Source: Candidatus Latescibacterota bacterium
Lineage (GTDB): Bacteria; Latescibacterota; UBA2968; UBA8231
Direction of reading: 5' to 3'
Assembly (NCBI GenBank): GCA_965204725.1
Contig: OZ242005.1
Location: 2,688,001-2,752,000 of the forward strand
DNA: 64,000 nucleotides
A model generated the notes under the pieces. That model was not told where the DNA came from. It searched no databases and saw only the letters and a program-made list of their open reading frames with translations. Of the stretch, positions 38,252-47,102 are shown piece by piece. How positions within the stretch are numbered: position 1 is the stretch's first letter; each line of letters starts with the position of its first letter. The position numbers were made by a program, and so were the translations under genes.

Positions 38252-39610
38252 CTACGCAAACAATCCTTCCACCTCGTCGCAGAGCAAGGCGGCTTCCTCG
38301 GCGCTCGCGCTCTCGGCGATGACGCGGACAATGGGTTCGGTGTTGGAGGCGCGGAGGTGGACCCAAGGGCATTCGAGCCGCCCGCTCAGGTAGAGCTTGG
38401 AACCATCGCGCACCGGGTGGATATACGCTTGGGGGTAACGTGCGCGCAGCGCGGTAAGGGCCGCGGCGAGTTGCTCTGGGGTACAAGTGATTTTGCGCTT
38501 GTCAATGGCGTAGCGGGGCAAGGCGGCAATCCGTTCCTCAAGGGATTGGCCCGTGCGCGCCATGGCCTCCAGCACGAGGGCCAAGCCAACAGCCGCGTCG
38601 CGGCTGGGTCCGACTTGGGTTACAATGACGCCGCCGTTGCCCTCGCCGCCGATGACCGCTCGCTCGGCCATCATCTTCTCCACCACGTTCACCTCGCCGA
38701 CCGCCGTGAGAAAGACCGGGCAGTTGTGAGCCGCGGCTGCGTCTGTAACGGCCTGCGAGGTGGAAAGGGTGGTGACGACCGGGCCGGGCCGCCGCACGGC
38801 CGCCGCTTGCACCGCCAGCGCGAGCGTGTAGTCCTCGCCTACGGGCGCACCGCTCGAATCGACCAACGCGACCCGGTCGGCGTCTGGGTCTATGGCAAAG
38901 CCGATGGCGCAGCCGTTGGCGCGCACGGCCCGACCGAGCTGGACGAGGTTGGCGGGCACCGGCTCCGGGTCGTGGGCAAAATCGCCATCGGGCCGAGCGT
39001 TGATCAGGACCGCTTCGACGCCCAAGGCGTCTAGCAGGCTCGGGGCCAACAACGCGCCCGTGCCATTGCAGGGATCGACGGCCACCTTGAACCCAGCCCG
39101 GCGAATGGCATCGGCATCGACATAGTCCACAATCCGCTCGACGTGACGCGCCACCACGGCGTTTGCATCGTGCGCTTCAAACGCGCCAGACGCAGCGCAG
39201 CGAAACTGGCCCGTGCGAAAGAGGTCCTCGACGCGCGCCCCCTCTGCTGCATTGAGAAACACGCCGTCAGCCCGCACTAGCTTGAGGCCGTTCCAAGGGG
39301 CCGGGTTGTGGCTGGCGGTGATGATGATCGCGCCTTGGGCCGCGAGCGCAGCGACCATCAGCTTCGCTGCGGGCGTGGAGCACGCGCCCACATCGACGAC
39401 GCGACAGCCGGTTTGACGCAGCGCAGCGGCCGCTGCTTGGGCAAAAGCCGCTCCAGACGGGCGCGTGTCCCGAGCGAGAACGACGGTGGCCCCCGGCGTC
39501 AAGGTGGTGCCAAAGGCTGCGGCAAAGCGAGCGACGACCTCGTCGGTGAGCGACTGGCCGACGAGGCCGCGAATCCCAGAAATGCTGACGATGAGCGGAG
39601 CATTCGACAT
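38252..39610 (-). CDS. Phosphoglucosamine/phosphomannomutase family
   Basis: TASHNP, DPDADR, GGEGNGG, RASNTEP. Confidence 0.9.
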   Translation of the reverse strand: MSNAPLIVSISGIRGLVGQSLTDEVVARFAAAFGTTLTPGATVVLARDTRPSGAAFAQAAAAALRQTGCRVVDVGACSTPAAKLMVAALAAQGAIIITASHNPAPWNGLKLVRADGVFLNAAEGARVEDLFRTGQFRCAASGAFEAHDANAVVARHVERIVDYVDADAIRRAGFKVAVDPCNGTGALLAPSLLDALGVEAVLINARPDGDFAHDPEPVPANLVQLGRAVRANGCAIGFAIDPDADRVALVDSSGAPVGEDYTLALAVQAAAVRRPGPVVTTLSTSQAVTDAAAAHNCPVFLTAVGEVNVVEKMMAERAVIGGEGNGGVIVTQVGPSRDAAVGLALVLEAMARTGQSLEERIAALPRYAIDKRKITCTPEQLAAALTALRARYPQAYIHPVRDGSKLYLSGRLECPWVHLRASNTEPIVRVIAESASAEEAALLCDEVEGLFA

Positions 39611-39622
39611 GACTTTTCCTTC

Positions 39623-40417
39623 TCAGAGCTTTTCGACGACGAGGGGGGCGCGGCGTTGCACACCCAGTTGGCGAGCGGCATGGTCGCAGTTGACCGCCAC
39701 CTCCAACAGACCGGCACTGCCGATCAAGGCGAGGGGCGCGCCCGGTTCGACATCCTCGTAGGTGCGGCAAAGCGCGGTGAGTACGTGGGTGCCGAGGCGG
39801 ATGCACAGCCCCGACCCCCACGGCGCAATGTCGGCGGCCGCAATGTTGCTCACCAAGTTGCCGAAGCCGTCGATGTGGACGATGTGGCCGTCGATGCGGT
39901 TGGCCGATTTGCAAGGTGCGGCTTCGGCTAAGCGCACCGGGTCGGCAAGCGGCGGGCCGACCGCGGCGAGATCCAAGCCGCGGCAGAGGTGGGCGGCCAG
40001 CGGAGCGAAGAGATCGCGGCCGTGGAAGGTGTTGCTCGGGTTGGGTAGGCCGAGGTCGGGCCGGGCGATCTGGCGTACCTGGCAGTCGGCGCGGTCGAGG
40101 ACGAAGCTGAAGAGACCGTTGTCCGGCCCCACCCACAAGTGGCCGTTGCTCTGGACGACGAGGGAACGGCGACGGGTCCCTACGCCCGGGTCAACGACCG
40201 CCAGATGGACGGTGCCGGGTGGGAATTCGCGTGCGGCGTGGCGCAAAACAAAGGCCGCGGCGAGCACATCTTGGGGCGGAATCTGGTGCGAAATGTCCAC
40301 GAGCTGGGCCTCCGGTGCGATGCGCAGAATGACCCCCTTCATCGCGCCGACATAATAGGAGCCACCGCCAAAATCCGTCGTCAACGTGACGATGGGGCAT
40401 GGTAGAAAACCGGGCAT
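39623..40417 (-). CDS. SAM hydroxide adenosyltransferase (DUF62)
   Basis: TTDFG, VVDPGVG..R, PDNG, TFHGRD, DGFGN. Confidence 0.9.
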   Translation of the reverse strand: MPGFLPCPIVTLTTDFGGGSYYVGAMKGVILRIAPEAQLVDISHQIPPQDVLAAAFVLRHAAREFPPGTVHLAVVDPGVGTRRRSLVVQSNGHLWVGPDNGLFSFVLDRADCQVRQIARPDLGLPNPSNTFHGRDLFAPLAAHLCRGLDLAAVGPPLADPVRLAEAAPCKSANRIDGHIVHIDGFGNLVSNIAAADIAPWGSGLCIRLGTHVLTALCRTYEDVEPGAPLALIGSAGLLEVAVNCDHAARQLGVQRRAPLVVEKL

Positions 40418-40568
40418 AATTGCGTCCTGTCAATGCGCCCCGACGCCCCTGCTCTGAGGCGTGGGCTATGGGCGCACCACCTATAGAAATTAGACATAGG
40501 TCAAAATTGGCCTTAGATTGCTCCCGCGCAATCCCACCCCTGTCCTTTGGAGCGAAAGGAAGATCGCC

Positions 40569-41579
40569 ATGGCCGTCAAAAGCCACATTGAAATAACGCC
40601 CGGCCTCAAGGTCGCGGCCCAGATGTCCCCAGAGCCGAGCGACGAGGAAATGGCCTTTGTGCGACAAATGGGCGTAGAGTACGCCGTGACTTGGATCGAT
40701 TCGGCCAAGGCCAGCCCCGAGTACTATCGCAGCCGCCGGGAGCATTTTGCCCGGGGCGGCATCCAGCTCTACGGCCTCGGCAATAGCAGCGTCCACAACG
40801 TGGATGCGATTACCCTCAACCTGCCCAACCGCGACGAGAAAGTCGCCGAGTACAAGGCGCACCTTCGCAACTTGGGCCAAGCCGACATTCCCTATACGAC
40901 TTATGCCCACATGGCCAACAGCGTGTGGAGCACGCCGCCGGAGCAGACCCGGGGCGGCTCTAGGGCGCGGGCCTTTGACCTAGCGCGGCTCGCCGAGGCT
41001 TCCGGCGGTGGTTTTACCGGCGAGGGGCTGACGCACGGCCGCTTCTACACCGAGGAAGAGCTGTGGGACAACTTCGCCTCCTTTGCCGCGGAAATCACCC
41101 CCGTCGCCGAGGAAGCCGGCGTCCGCATCGGCATTCACCCGGACGACCCGCCCGGGGTGCCGCTGGGTGGCGTGCCGCGGCCCATTTTTAGCAGCTTTGA
41201 CGGGTACAAACGCGCCCTCGAAATCGCCGACAGCCCCAACGTGGGGATGTGCTTGTGCATCGGCTGCTGGCTCGAAGGGGGCGAGGCTATGGGCCGCGAC
41301 GTGGTCGAGGCGATCCACTACTTCGGCGGGCAGGGCAAAATTTTCAAGGTCCACTACCGCAACGTAGATAAGCCGCTGCCGCACTTTGTCGAGACCTTTG
41401 TCGATGACGGGTACTTCGACATGTATCAGGCCATGCGGGCACTGGCCGAAGTCGGGTACGACGGCACCTTAATTCCAGACCACATTCCGCAGATGGGCGA
41501 CGACGGGCGGCTGGGCACGGCCTATACATTGGCTTACATGCGCGCCCTGCAAAAAAGGGCCGAAGAAGAAGTCAATTAG
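40569..41579 (+). CDS. uxuA: Mannonate dehydratase family
   Basis: IHPDDPP, VHYRNV, FVETF.DDG, PDH. Confidence 0.85.
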   Translation: MAVKSHIEITPGLKVAAQMSPEPSDEEMAFVRQMGVEYAVTWIDSAKASPEYYRSRREHFARGGIQLYGLGNSSVHNVDAITLNLPNRDEKVAEYKAHLRNLGQADIPYTTYAHMANSVWSTPPEQTRGGSRARAFDLARLAEASGGGFTGEGLTHGRFYTEEELWDNFASFAAEITPVAEEAGVRIGIHPDDPPGVPLGGVPRPIFSSFDGYKRALEIADSPNVGMCLCIGCWLEGGEAMGRDVVEAIHYFGGQGKIFKVHYRNVDKPLPHFVETFVDDGYFDMYQAMRALAEVGYDGTLIPDHIPQMGDDGRLGTAYTLAYMRALQKRAEEEVN

Positions 41580-41636
41580 TTAGTTCGGACAGGTCCCGGT
41601 GCTTAAAACAAAAGACTGAAAATCGCTAAAGTCGCC

Positions 41637-43430
41637 ATGCCTGCATCCTACCCCCGCATTCCCTACGGCTGGGCCAATTTTCGCGCTATCCGCTTGGAAA
41701 ACCGCCTCTACGTCGATAAAACCCGCTTCGTCCACGCGCTTGAAGAGGAACGCTATGCCGTTTTGATTCGCCCCCGTCGCATGGGCAAGTCCTGCTGGGT
41801 ATCCCTGCTGGAAAATTACTACGACCGCCGCGGAGCCGACGAATTCGAGGCTGTCTTCGGCGGCACGGACTTGGGGCGGCAGCCAACGGCAAACCGCCAT
41901 CGCTACGTCGTGCTGCGCTTTGACTTTTCGACTTTTGACGACACCTTGGAAACCTTGCGGGCGCGCTTTGAGACGTACTGCCACTTGGAACTCAACCACG
42001 CACTAAGGCGAAACCGGGACCTGTTTCCCCCAGAGGCAATACAGCACATCCTCTCGCCGCCCTCCATTGACGCCAAACTCGCCGCCCTATTTCTCTACGC
42101 CGAAGACCGCAGCATTCCCCTGTACGTGCTCATCGACGAGTACGACAACTTTGCCAACACAGTGCTAGCCCATCACGGCGAAGCGGCTTATCAGTCGTTC
42201 ACCCACGGCGGCGGCTTCTACCGCAATTTCTTCGCCACCTTGAAGGCCGGAGCAGGGCGAAGCCGCGGCGGCCTAGAGCGGCTGTTCATCACCGGCGTAT
42301 CGCCGATTACCATGGACGACGTAACCAGCGGCTTCAACATCGGCAAGAACATCAGCTTGGAACCGGAGTTCAACGACCTGCTCGGCTTCACCCAAGGGGA
42401 GGTCCAAGCGTTGCTGGAAATGTACCGAGACTGTGGCGTGTTCAATCAGGAGGTCGAAGCCGCGCTGGCGGTGATGCGGGAATGGTACAATGGCTATCGC
42501 TTCGCCGAGGAGGCCGAGAGTGATCTCTACAATACCGACATGGTCCTCTATTTCCTCGACGGATCCATACCGAACAAACGGGGACCGCGGGAATTGATCG
42601 ACGCCAACGTGCGCATTGACTACGGCAAGTTGCGCCATCTGCTCACGGTCAACCGGCAACTCAACGGCAACTTCGACCTGCTCCGCCACATCATCGGCGA
42701 GCAGCAAGTGGACAGCGACATCCAAATCAGCTTCCCCCTAGACCGGCTCGACCGACGCGAAAACTTCCTGTCGCTGCTTTTTTATTTCGGCCTGCTCAGC
42801 ATTCGCGGGATGGCAAGTGGGGTACCCCGGCTGGGCATTCCCAATCAAACGGTCAAGCGGCTGATGTACGGCTACCTGCGCGACGCCTACGATGACGTGG
42901 GCGTGTTTTCCGTCGATGGGTACACCTTCTCCCGTCTAGTCCGTGCGATGGGTTACGACGGCACTTGGCAGCCAGTCCTCGATTTCCTGCGCGAGGCTCT
43001 CGTCGGGCAAACCGGCATTCGCGACTATCTCGATGGCGAGAAGGTCATTCACGGCTTTGTCGCCGCCCACTTCAGCATGGTGAACCACTTCCTGCTGCAC
43101 TCGGAATACGAACTGAACAAGGGGTACGCCGACCTGTACTTGGAGCCGTTTGTCGCCCAGTATCCCGACATGCGGTACGGCTACGTCCTAGAATTGAAGT
43201 ATCTCAAGCGGCACGAGCCTCTTGACGAGTGCCTGCTGGCGGCGAAATTGCGGGAGGCCGTGCAGCAGGTACGCGGCTACCTTGCGGACCCAAGTTTGCA
43301 GCACCGCTATCCGTCGGTGCGTCACATCGGTCTGGCGGTGGTGTTTCACGGCTGGGAGATGGTAGCCTACGAGGCGGTGGACGCCGACGCGGATTTACGC
43401 GGAACGGACCTATCTTTTCAAAGGAGCTAG
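41637..43430 (+). CDS. AAA-ATPase-like + PD-(D/E)XK nuclease, copy C
   Basis: Close paralog of 14751 and 16539; RPRRMGKS, LIDEYD, GYADL, ELKY. Confidence 0.92.
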   Translation: MPASYPRIPYGWANFRAIRLENRLYVDKTRFVHALEEERYAVLIRPRRMGKSCWVSLLENYYDRRGADEFEAVFGGTDLGRQPTANRHRYVVLRFDFSTFDDTLETLRARFETYCHLELNHALRRNRDLFPPEAIQHILSPPSIDAKLAALFLYAEDRSIPLYVLIDEYDNFANTVLAHHGEAAYQSFTHGGGFYRNFFATLKAGAGRSRGGLERLFITGVSPITMDDVTSGFNIGKNISLEPEFNDLLGFTQGEVQALLEMYRDCGVFNQEVEAALAVMREWYNGYRFAEEAESDLYNTDMVLYFLDGSIPNKRGPRELIDANVRIDYGKLRHLLTVNRQLNGNFDLLRHIIGEQQVDSDIQISFPLDRLDRRENFLSLLFYFGLLSIRGMASGVPRLGIPNQTVKRLMYGYLRDAYDDVGVFSVDGYTFSRLVRAMGYDGTWQPVLDFLREALVGQTGIRDYLDGEKVIHGFVAAHFSMVNHFLLHSEYELNKGYADLYLEPFVAQYPDMRYGYVLELKYLKRHEPLDECLLAAKLREAVQQVRGYLADPSLQHRYPSVRHIGLAVVFHGWEMVAYEAVDADADLRGTDLSFQRS

Positions 43431-43432
43431 AC

Positions 43433-44245
43433 ATGCTGAGCAAGGAACAAGTAGCGCACTATCGCGAGCAAGGCTATCTCAAGGTGGCCCAGCTCTTCGC
43501 GCCCGAAGAGACCGCAGAGCTGGCCTCGGAGATGGTGCGGGTAATTGAGCAGTGGGGGCAAGAGTCCATCGGCTGGGTCGGCCCCTGGCGCGATCGCTAC
43601 CTCGACGAAGAGGAGCGGCTCAACACGCGGGCGGTCTTCATGCACAATCCGCATTTTTACTCGGCCGCTTGGGGTCGAGTCATTTTCCACGAGGCCATGA
43701 TCGCCTGCGTCCAGCAGCTCATCGACGGCCCCGTGCAATGGCACCACACGGTCCTGCACGCCAAGCCGCCGGAGAAAGGCACGCCCTTTCCCATGCACCA
43801 AGACTATCCGTTCTATCCGCACGACGGGCCGGATTTCGTGGACTGCTTGTTGCACTTAGACGACACGCCGCTAGAGAGCGGGGCGCTGATGGTCGTGCCG
43901 GGCAGCCACAAGCAAGGGCCACTAGAGCACGTGCTGGGGCCGGATACCGCGCCGCACCTGCCCCCGGCGCAGTACCATCCCGATCAGCTCGACAGCGTCG
44001 CCGTACCAGCGCAGCGCGGCGACATGATCTTCTTTAGCTACCAAGCGATCCACTGGTCGGATTGCAACCGCACGGACGCTTGGCGCAAGTCCGTGCGCTT
44101 TGGCTATCACAGCACGGCGCTGCGGCCGGTGGGACGCGCTGCGGACGATCCGCATCGCATCGACCCAGACAACGCGCTGGAGCGCAGCAACAACATCGTC
44201 GTGGCCGGGTTTCGGGAAAACGACGTCGAGCCAGCGGCGAGTTAG
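43433..44245 (+). CDS. Phytanoyl-CoA dioxygenase (PhyH) family
   Basis: HQD, GALMVVPGSH, H..SDCN..R; AAGGAG RBS. Confidence 0.88.
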   Translation: MLSKEQVAHYREQGYLKVAQLFAPEETAELASEMVRVIEQWGQESIGWVGPWRDRYLDEEERLNTRAVFMHNPHFYSAAWGRVIFHEAMIACVQQLIDGPVQWHHTVLHAKPPEKGTPFPMHQDYPFYPHDGPDFVDCLLHLDDTPLESGALMVVPGSHKQGPLEHVLGPDTAPHLPPAQYHPDQLDSVAVPAQRGDMIFFSYQAIHWSDCNRTDAWRKSVRFGYHSTALRPVGRAADDPHRIDPDNALERSNNIVVAGFRENDVEPAAS

Positions 44246-44255
44246 GACGAGTCCG

Positions 44256-45302
44256 ATGACCGCAAAAGACGCCAGAGAAGTCGGCCTGCTGCAAGAGGCC
44301 AACGATGCCCTCGGGGACGGCACCGAGCTGCGGCGACGCCTTAGCGAACAAGGGTACATCTTCTTGCGGCAGGTTATGGCCAAGGACAAGCTGTTGGCCC
44401 TGCGGCAGGAGATGACGGAGGTGTTGATGGAGGCCGGGTGGTTGGTCGCCGGCACAAATCCCCTAGACGGCATTGCGCGGCTCGACGCCCAGTGTACCGA
44501 GGGCGATCCCGAATACGCCGAAGTCTATCACCGGGTGTACCGCTTGGAGGCCTTCCATCGAGCCGGGCATTGGCCGGAGGTCTTAGCCGTGCTGGAGCAA
44601 ATAGTCGGCAGCCCGGTGCTGCCGCATCCCCAGAAAATCGCCCGGCTGTGGTTTCCCCAATACACCGAGCACACCACGCCCATGCACCAAGACTTCGTCC
44701 ACTTCCAAGGCAGTTTCAACACCTATACTTTCTGGGCACCCGTGGGCGACTGCCCGCTGGAGTTAGGGGGGTTGGCCGTGCTGCCCAAGTCGCACGAGAT
44801 CGGCAAGGTGCGAGAGCATCACTTCTCATTGGGGGCCGGCGGCTTAGCGGTCAATGAATCCGAGTTGACCGGGCGTTGGCTCAGCGCGAATTACGAAGCG
44901 GGGGACGCGCTGATCTTTCCGAGCCTGACCGTCCATCAAGCCCTGCCCAATTACACGGCAGACCGCCTGCGCATTTCCCTCGACAACCGCTACCAAGCGC
45001 AGAACGAGCCGATTGCGCGGCACATGCTGGAGCCGCACCTGACGGGCGTTACCGGCTTTAACTGGGAAGCCTGCTACGCCGGCTGGCAAAGCAAGGCTCT
45101 GCAATACTATTGGCAAGACCTAGACCTGCAAGTGGTGCCGCAGTTGTCCCGCTGGGGGGATCAAGGGTTTGCCGAGGCCCTATCCCTCGCCCGGGCCGGC
45201 GACGAGCGGGCCTTATACCAACTGCGGCGCATTGCGCGACGCGATCCTGAGTCCGAGCGCGGCCAGCAGGCCATCCAGTTGCTCGAAGAAGTGGCCGCGT
45301 AA
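44256..45302 (+). CDS. Phytanoyl-CoA dioxygenase (PhyH) family
   Basis: HQD, GGLAVLPKSH, HQALPN..R.S.D.RYQ. Confidence 0.88.
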   Translation: MTAKDAREVGLLQEANDALGDGTELRRRLSEQGYIFLRQVMAKDKLLALRQEMTEVLMEAGWLVAGTNPLDGIARLDAQCTEGDPEYAEVYHRVYRLEAFHRAGHWPEVLAVLEQIVGSPVLPHPQKIARLWFPQYTEHTTPMHQDFVHFQGSFNTYTFWAPVGDCPLELGGLAVLPKSHEIGKVREHHFSLGAGGLAVNESELTGRWLSANYEAGDALIFPSLTVHQALPNYTADRLRISLDNRYQAQNEPIARHMLEPHLTGVTGFNWEACYAGWQSKALQYYWQDLDLQVVPQLSRWGDQGFAEALSLARAGDERALYQLRRIARRDPESERGQQAIQLLEEVAA

Positions 45303-45332
45303 GCGACCGTTGCTTTGCCGTCAGGAGAAACC

Positions 45333-45434
45333 ATGCTCCTCCGCGAATGCAAACTTCCCGGCCGCAACGCAAATAAGCCGCGGCCGCACTTTGTCGATGC
45401 CGAACACTTCGACAGAGGTGAGCAGGGCCGTTGA
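45333..45434 (+). pseudogene. 33-aa scar of a uxuA-like gene
   Basis: 45362-45414 matches uxuA 41357-41421 in frame (RNANKPRPHFV-DAEHFD vs RNVDKPLPHFVETFVDDGYFD); AGGAG RBS + ATG. Confidence 0.65.
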
Positions 45435-45436
45435 CC

Positions 45437-46195
45437 ATGGCAGCCGATCCACGTGCCTGCGCGGTTGCTCGCGCCGTTGAGGAGGCCGTCCGTCCCGATA
45501 GAGTCATCCTGTTCGGCTCCCGTGCCCGGGGCGATTTTCGCCCGGATTCGGACATCGACCTGCTCATCGTCACCGGCCCCGGTCCGGTCGATCGGCGGGC
45601 CTATCAGCGCACCAGCGCGGCAGCCCACCACAAGGTCGAGGAACTGTACGACGAGCCGATGGGCGTCGATTTGGTTCACCTGAGCGAGGACGCCTTTCAC
45701 GATGGCCGCCGGGCACGCAACCACGTGGCCGGGCAAGCCGTCCGCGACGGCTTTGATGCCAATGGAGACAAAGTGAACTACGACAACCCAGCACCGACGA
45801 ATTGGCCCGACATCCGACAGCGCATTGCCAACGCCGAGCGGGAACTCCGCGTTCTGAACATCCTAGTGGAAGGAAACGCCGACCAAGAAGCCATCGGCTT
45901 CCACGCACAGCAGGCGATTGAGAACGCGCTCAAGGGCTGGATTTCTGCCCTCGACGACGACTACCGGAATACCCACGAATTGGGCAAGTTGGTCGCCATC
46001 GTCCGTCGGCATCCCCAAGAGGAGGACACGCCGGCCAGCGAACAACTGACGTGGCTGACCAGCTATGCGGTAGAATACCGCTATGAGGGGGCACAGGTGC
46101 AGATGGACGACCGCTTCGAGTTGCTCGCCGGCACCACTGAGACCGTGCAGGCCATCATCGACCGCATTCGCACATTGACCGAAACGGGTGAGTAG
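45437..46195 (+). CDS. Fused nucleotidyltransferase (MNT)-HEPN protein, copy 1
   Basis: LFGSRARG...DSDIDL; AQQAIENALKG, THEL, YAVEYRY. Confidence 0.88.
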   Translation: MAADPRACAVARAVEEAVRPDRVILFGSRARGDFRPDSDIDLLIVTGPGPVDRRAYQRTSAAAHHKVEELYDEPMGVDLVHLSEDAFHDGRRARNHVAGQAVRDGFDANGDKVNYDNPAPTNWPDIRQRIANAERELRVLNILVEGNADQEAIGFHAQQAIENALKGWISALDDDYRNTHELGKLVAIVRRHPQEEDTPASEQLTWLTSYAVEYRYEGAQVQMDDRFELLAGTTETVQAIIDRIRTLTETGE

Positions 46196-46236
46196 CAGGA
46201 GCCGCGAGTGCTTCCGCACCGCAAGGACGGTTGACC

Positions 46237-47019
46237 ATGACAGTCACCCAATTCTATCCGCATCCCGACCCGCGTGCCTGCGCGGTTGCCCGCGCCGTTG
46301 AGGAGGCCGTCCGTCCCGATCGGGTCATCCTGTTCGGCTCCCGCGCCCGGGGCGACTTTCGCCCGGACTCGGACATCGACCTGCTCATCGTCACCGGCCC
46401 CGGTCCGGTCGATCGGCGGGCCTACCAGCGCACCAGCGCGGCTGCCCACCACAAGGTCGAGGAACTGTACGGCGAGCCGATGGGCGTCGATTTGGTTCAC
46501 CTGAGCGAGGACGCCTTTCACGATGGCCGCCGGGCGCGCAACCACGTGGCCGGGCAAGCCGTCCGCGACGGCTTTGACGCCAATGGAGACAAAGTGAACT
46601 ACGACAACCCAGCACCGACGAATTGGCCCGACATCCGACAGCGCATTGCCAACGCCGAGCGCAACCTCGCCGACATGGAGGTTCTCGTTGAGAATCCCCG
46701 TTCTTCGCAAGAAATCATCGGGTTTACCGCGCAGCAGGCGATTGAGAACGCGCTCAAGGGGTGGATTTCCGCCCTCGACGACGACTACCGGAACACCCAC
46801 GAATTGGGCAAGTTGGTCGCCATCATCCGTCGGCATCCCCAAGAGCGCGACACGCCGGCCGGCGAACAACTGACGTGGCTGACCAGCTATGCGGTAGAAT
46901 ACCGCTACGAAGGGGCACAGGTGCAGATGGACGACCGCTTCGAGTTGCTCGCCGGCATCACCGAGACCGTGCAGGCTATCATCGACCGCATTCGCACGCT
47001 GACCGAAACGGATGAATAG
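46237..47019 (+). CDS. Fused MNT-HEPN protein, copy 2
   Basis: Near-identical tandem paralog of copy 1. Confidence 0.88.
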   Translation: MTVTQFYPHPDPRACAVARAVEEAVRPDRVILFGSRARGDFRPDSDIDLLIVTGPGPVDRRAYQRTSAAAHHKVEELYGEPMGVDLVHLSEDAFHDGRRARNHVAGQAVRDGFDANGDKVNYDNPAPTNWPDIRQRIANAERNLADMEVLVENPRSSQEIIGFTAQQAIENALKGWISALDDDYRNTHELGKLVAIIRRHPQERDTPAGEQLTWLTSYAVEYRYEGAQVQMDDRFELLAGITETVQAIIDRIRTLTETDE

Positions 47020-47102
47020 GCTGTATTCGGCGCAGACGGTGCGCCCTTCCCCTGTTTGAGCCGAGGGCCGCTTAAAAACGGCCGTTTCCGAAAGAGGTTT
47101 CT

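Noticed and set aside
39623-40417. Fluorinase or chlorinase
   Set aside because: The Asp-Arg-His pattern (DPGVG..R, TFHGRD) indicates the common DUF62 hydrolase
41576-41585. TTAGTTAGTT upstream of AAA copy C as a target-site duplication
   Set aside because: Too short, with no matching boundary at the other end
45840-46731. Diversity-generating retroelement VR/TR pair
   Set aside because: Differences are not adenine-specific, include an indel, and no reverse transcriptase is in the window; the same applies to the AAA paralogs
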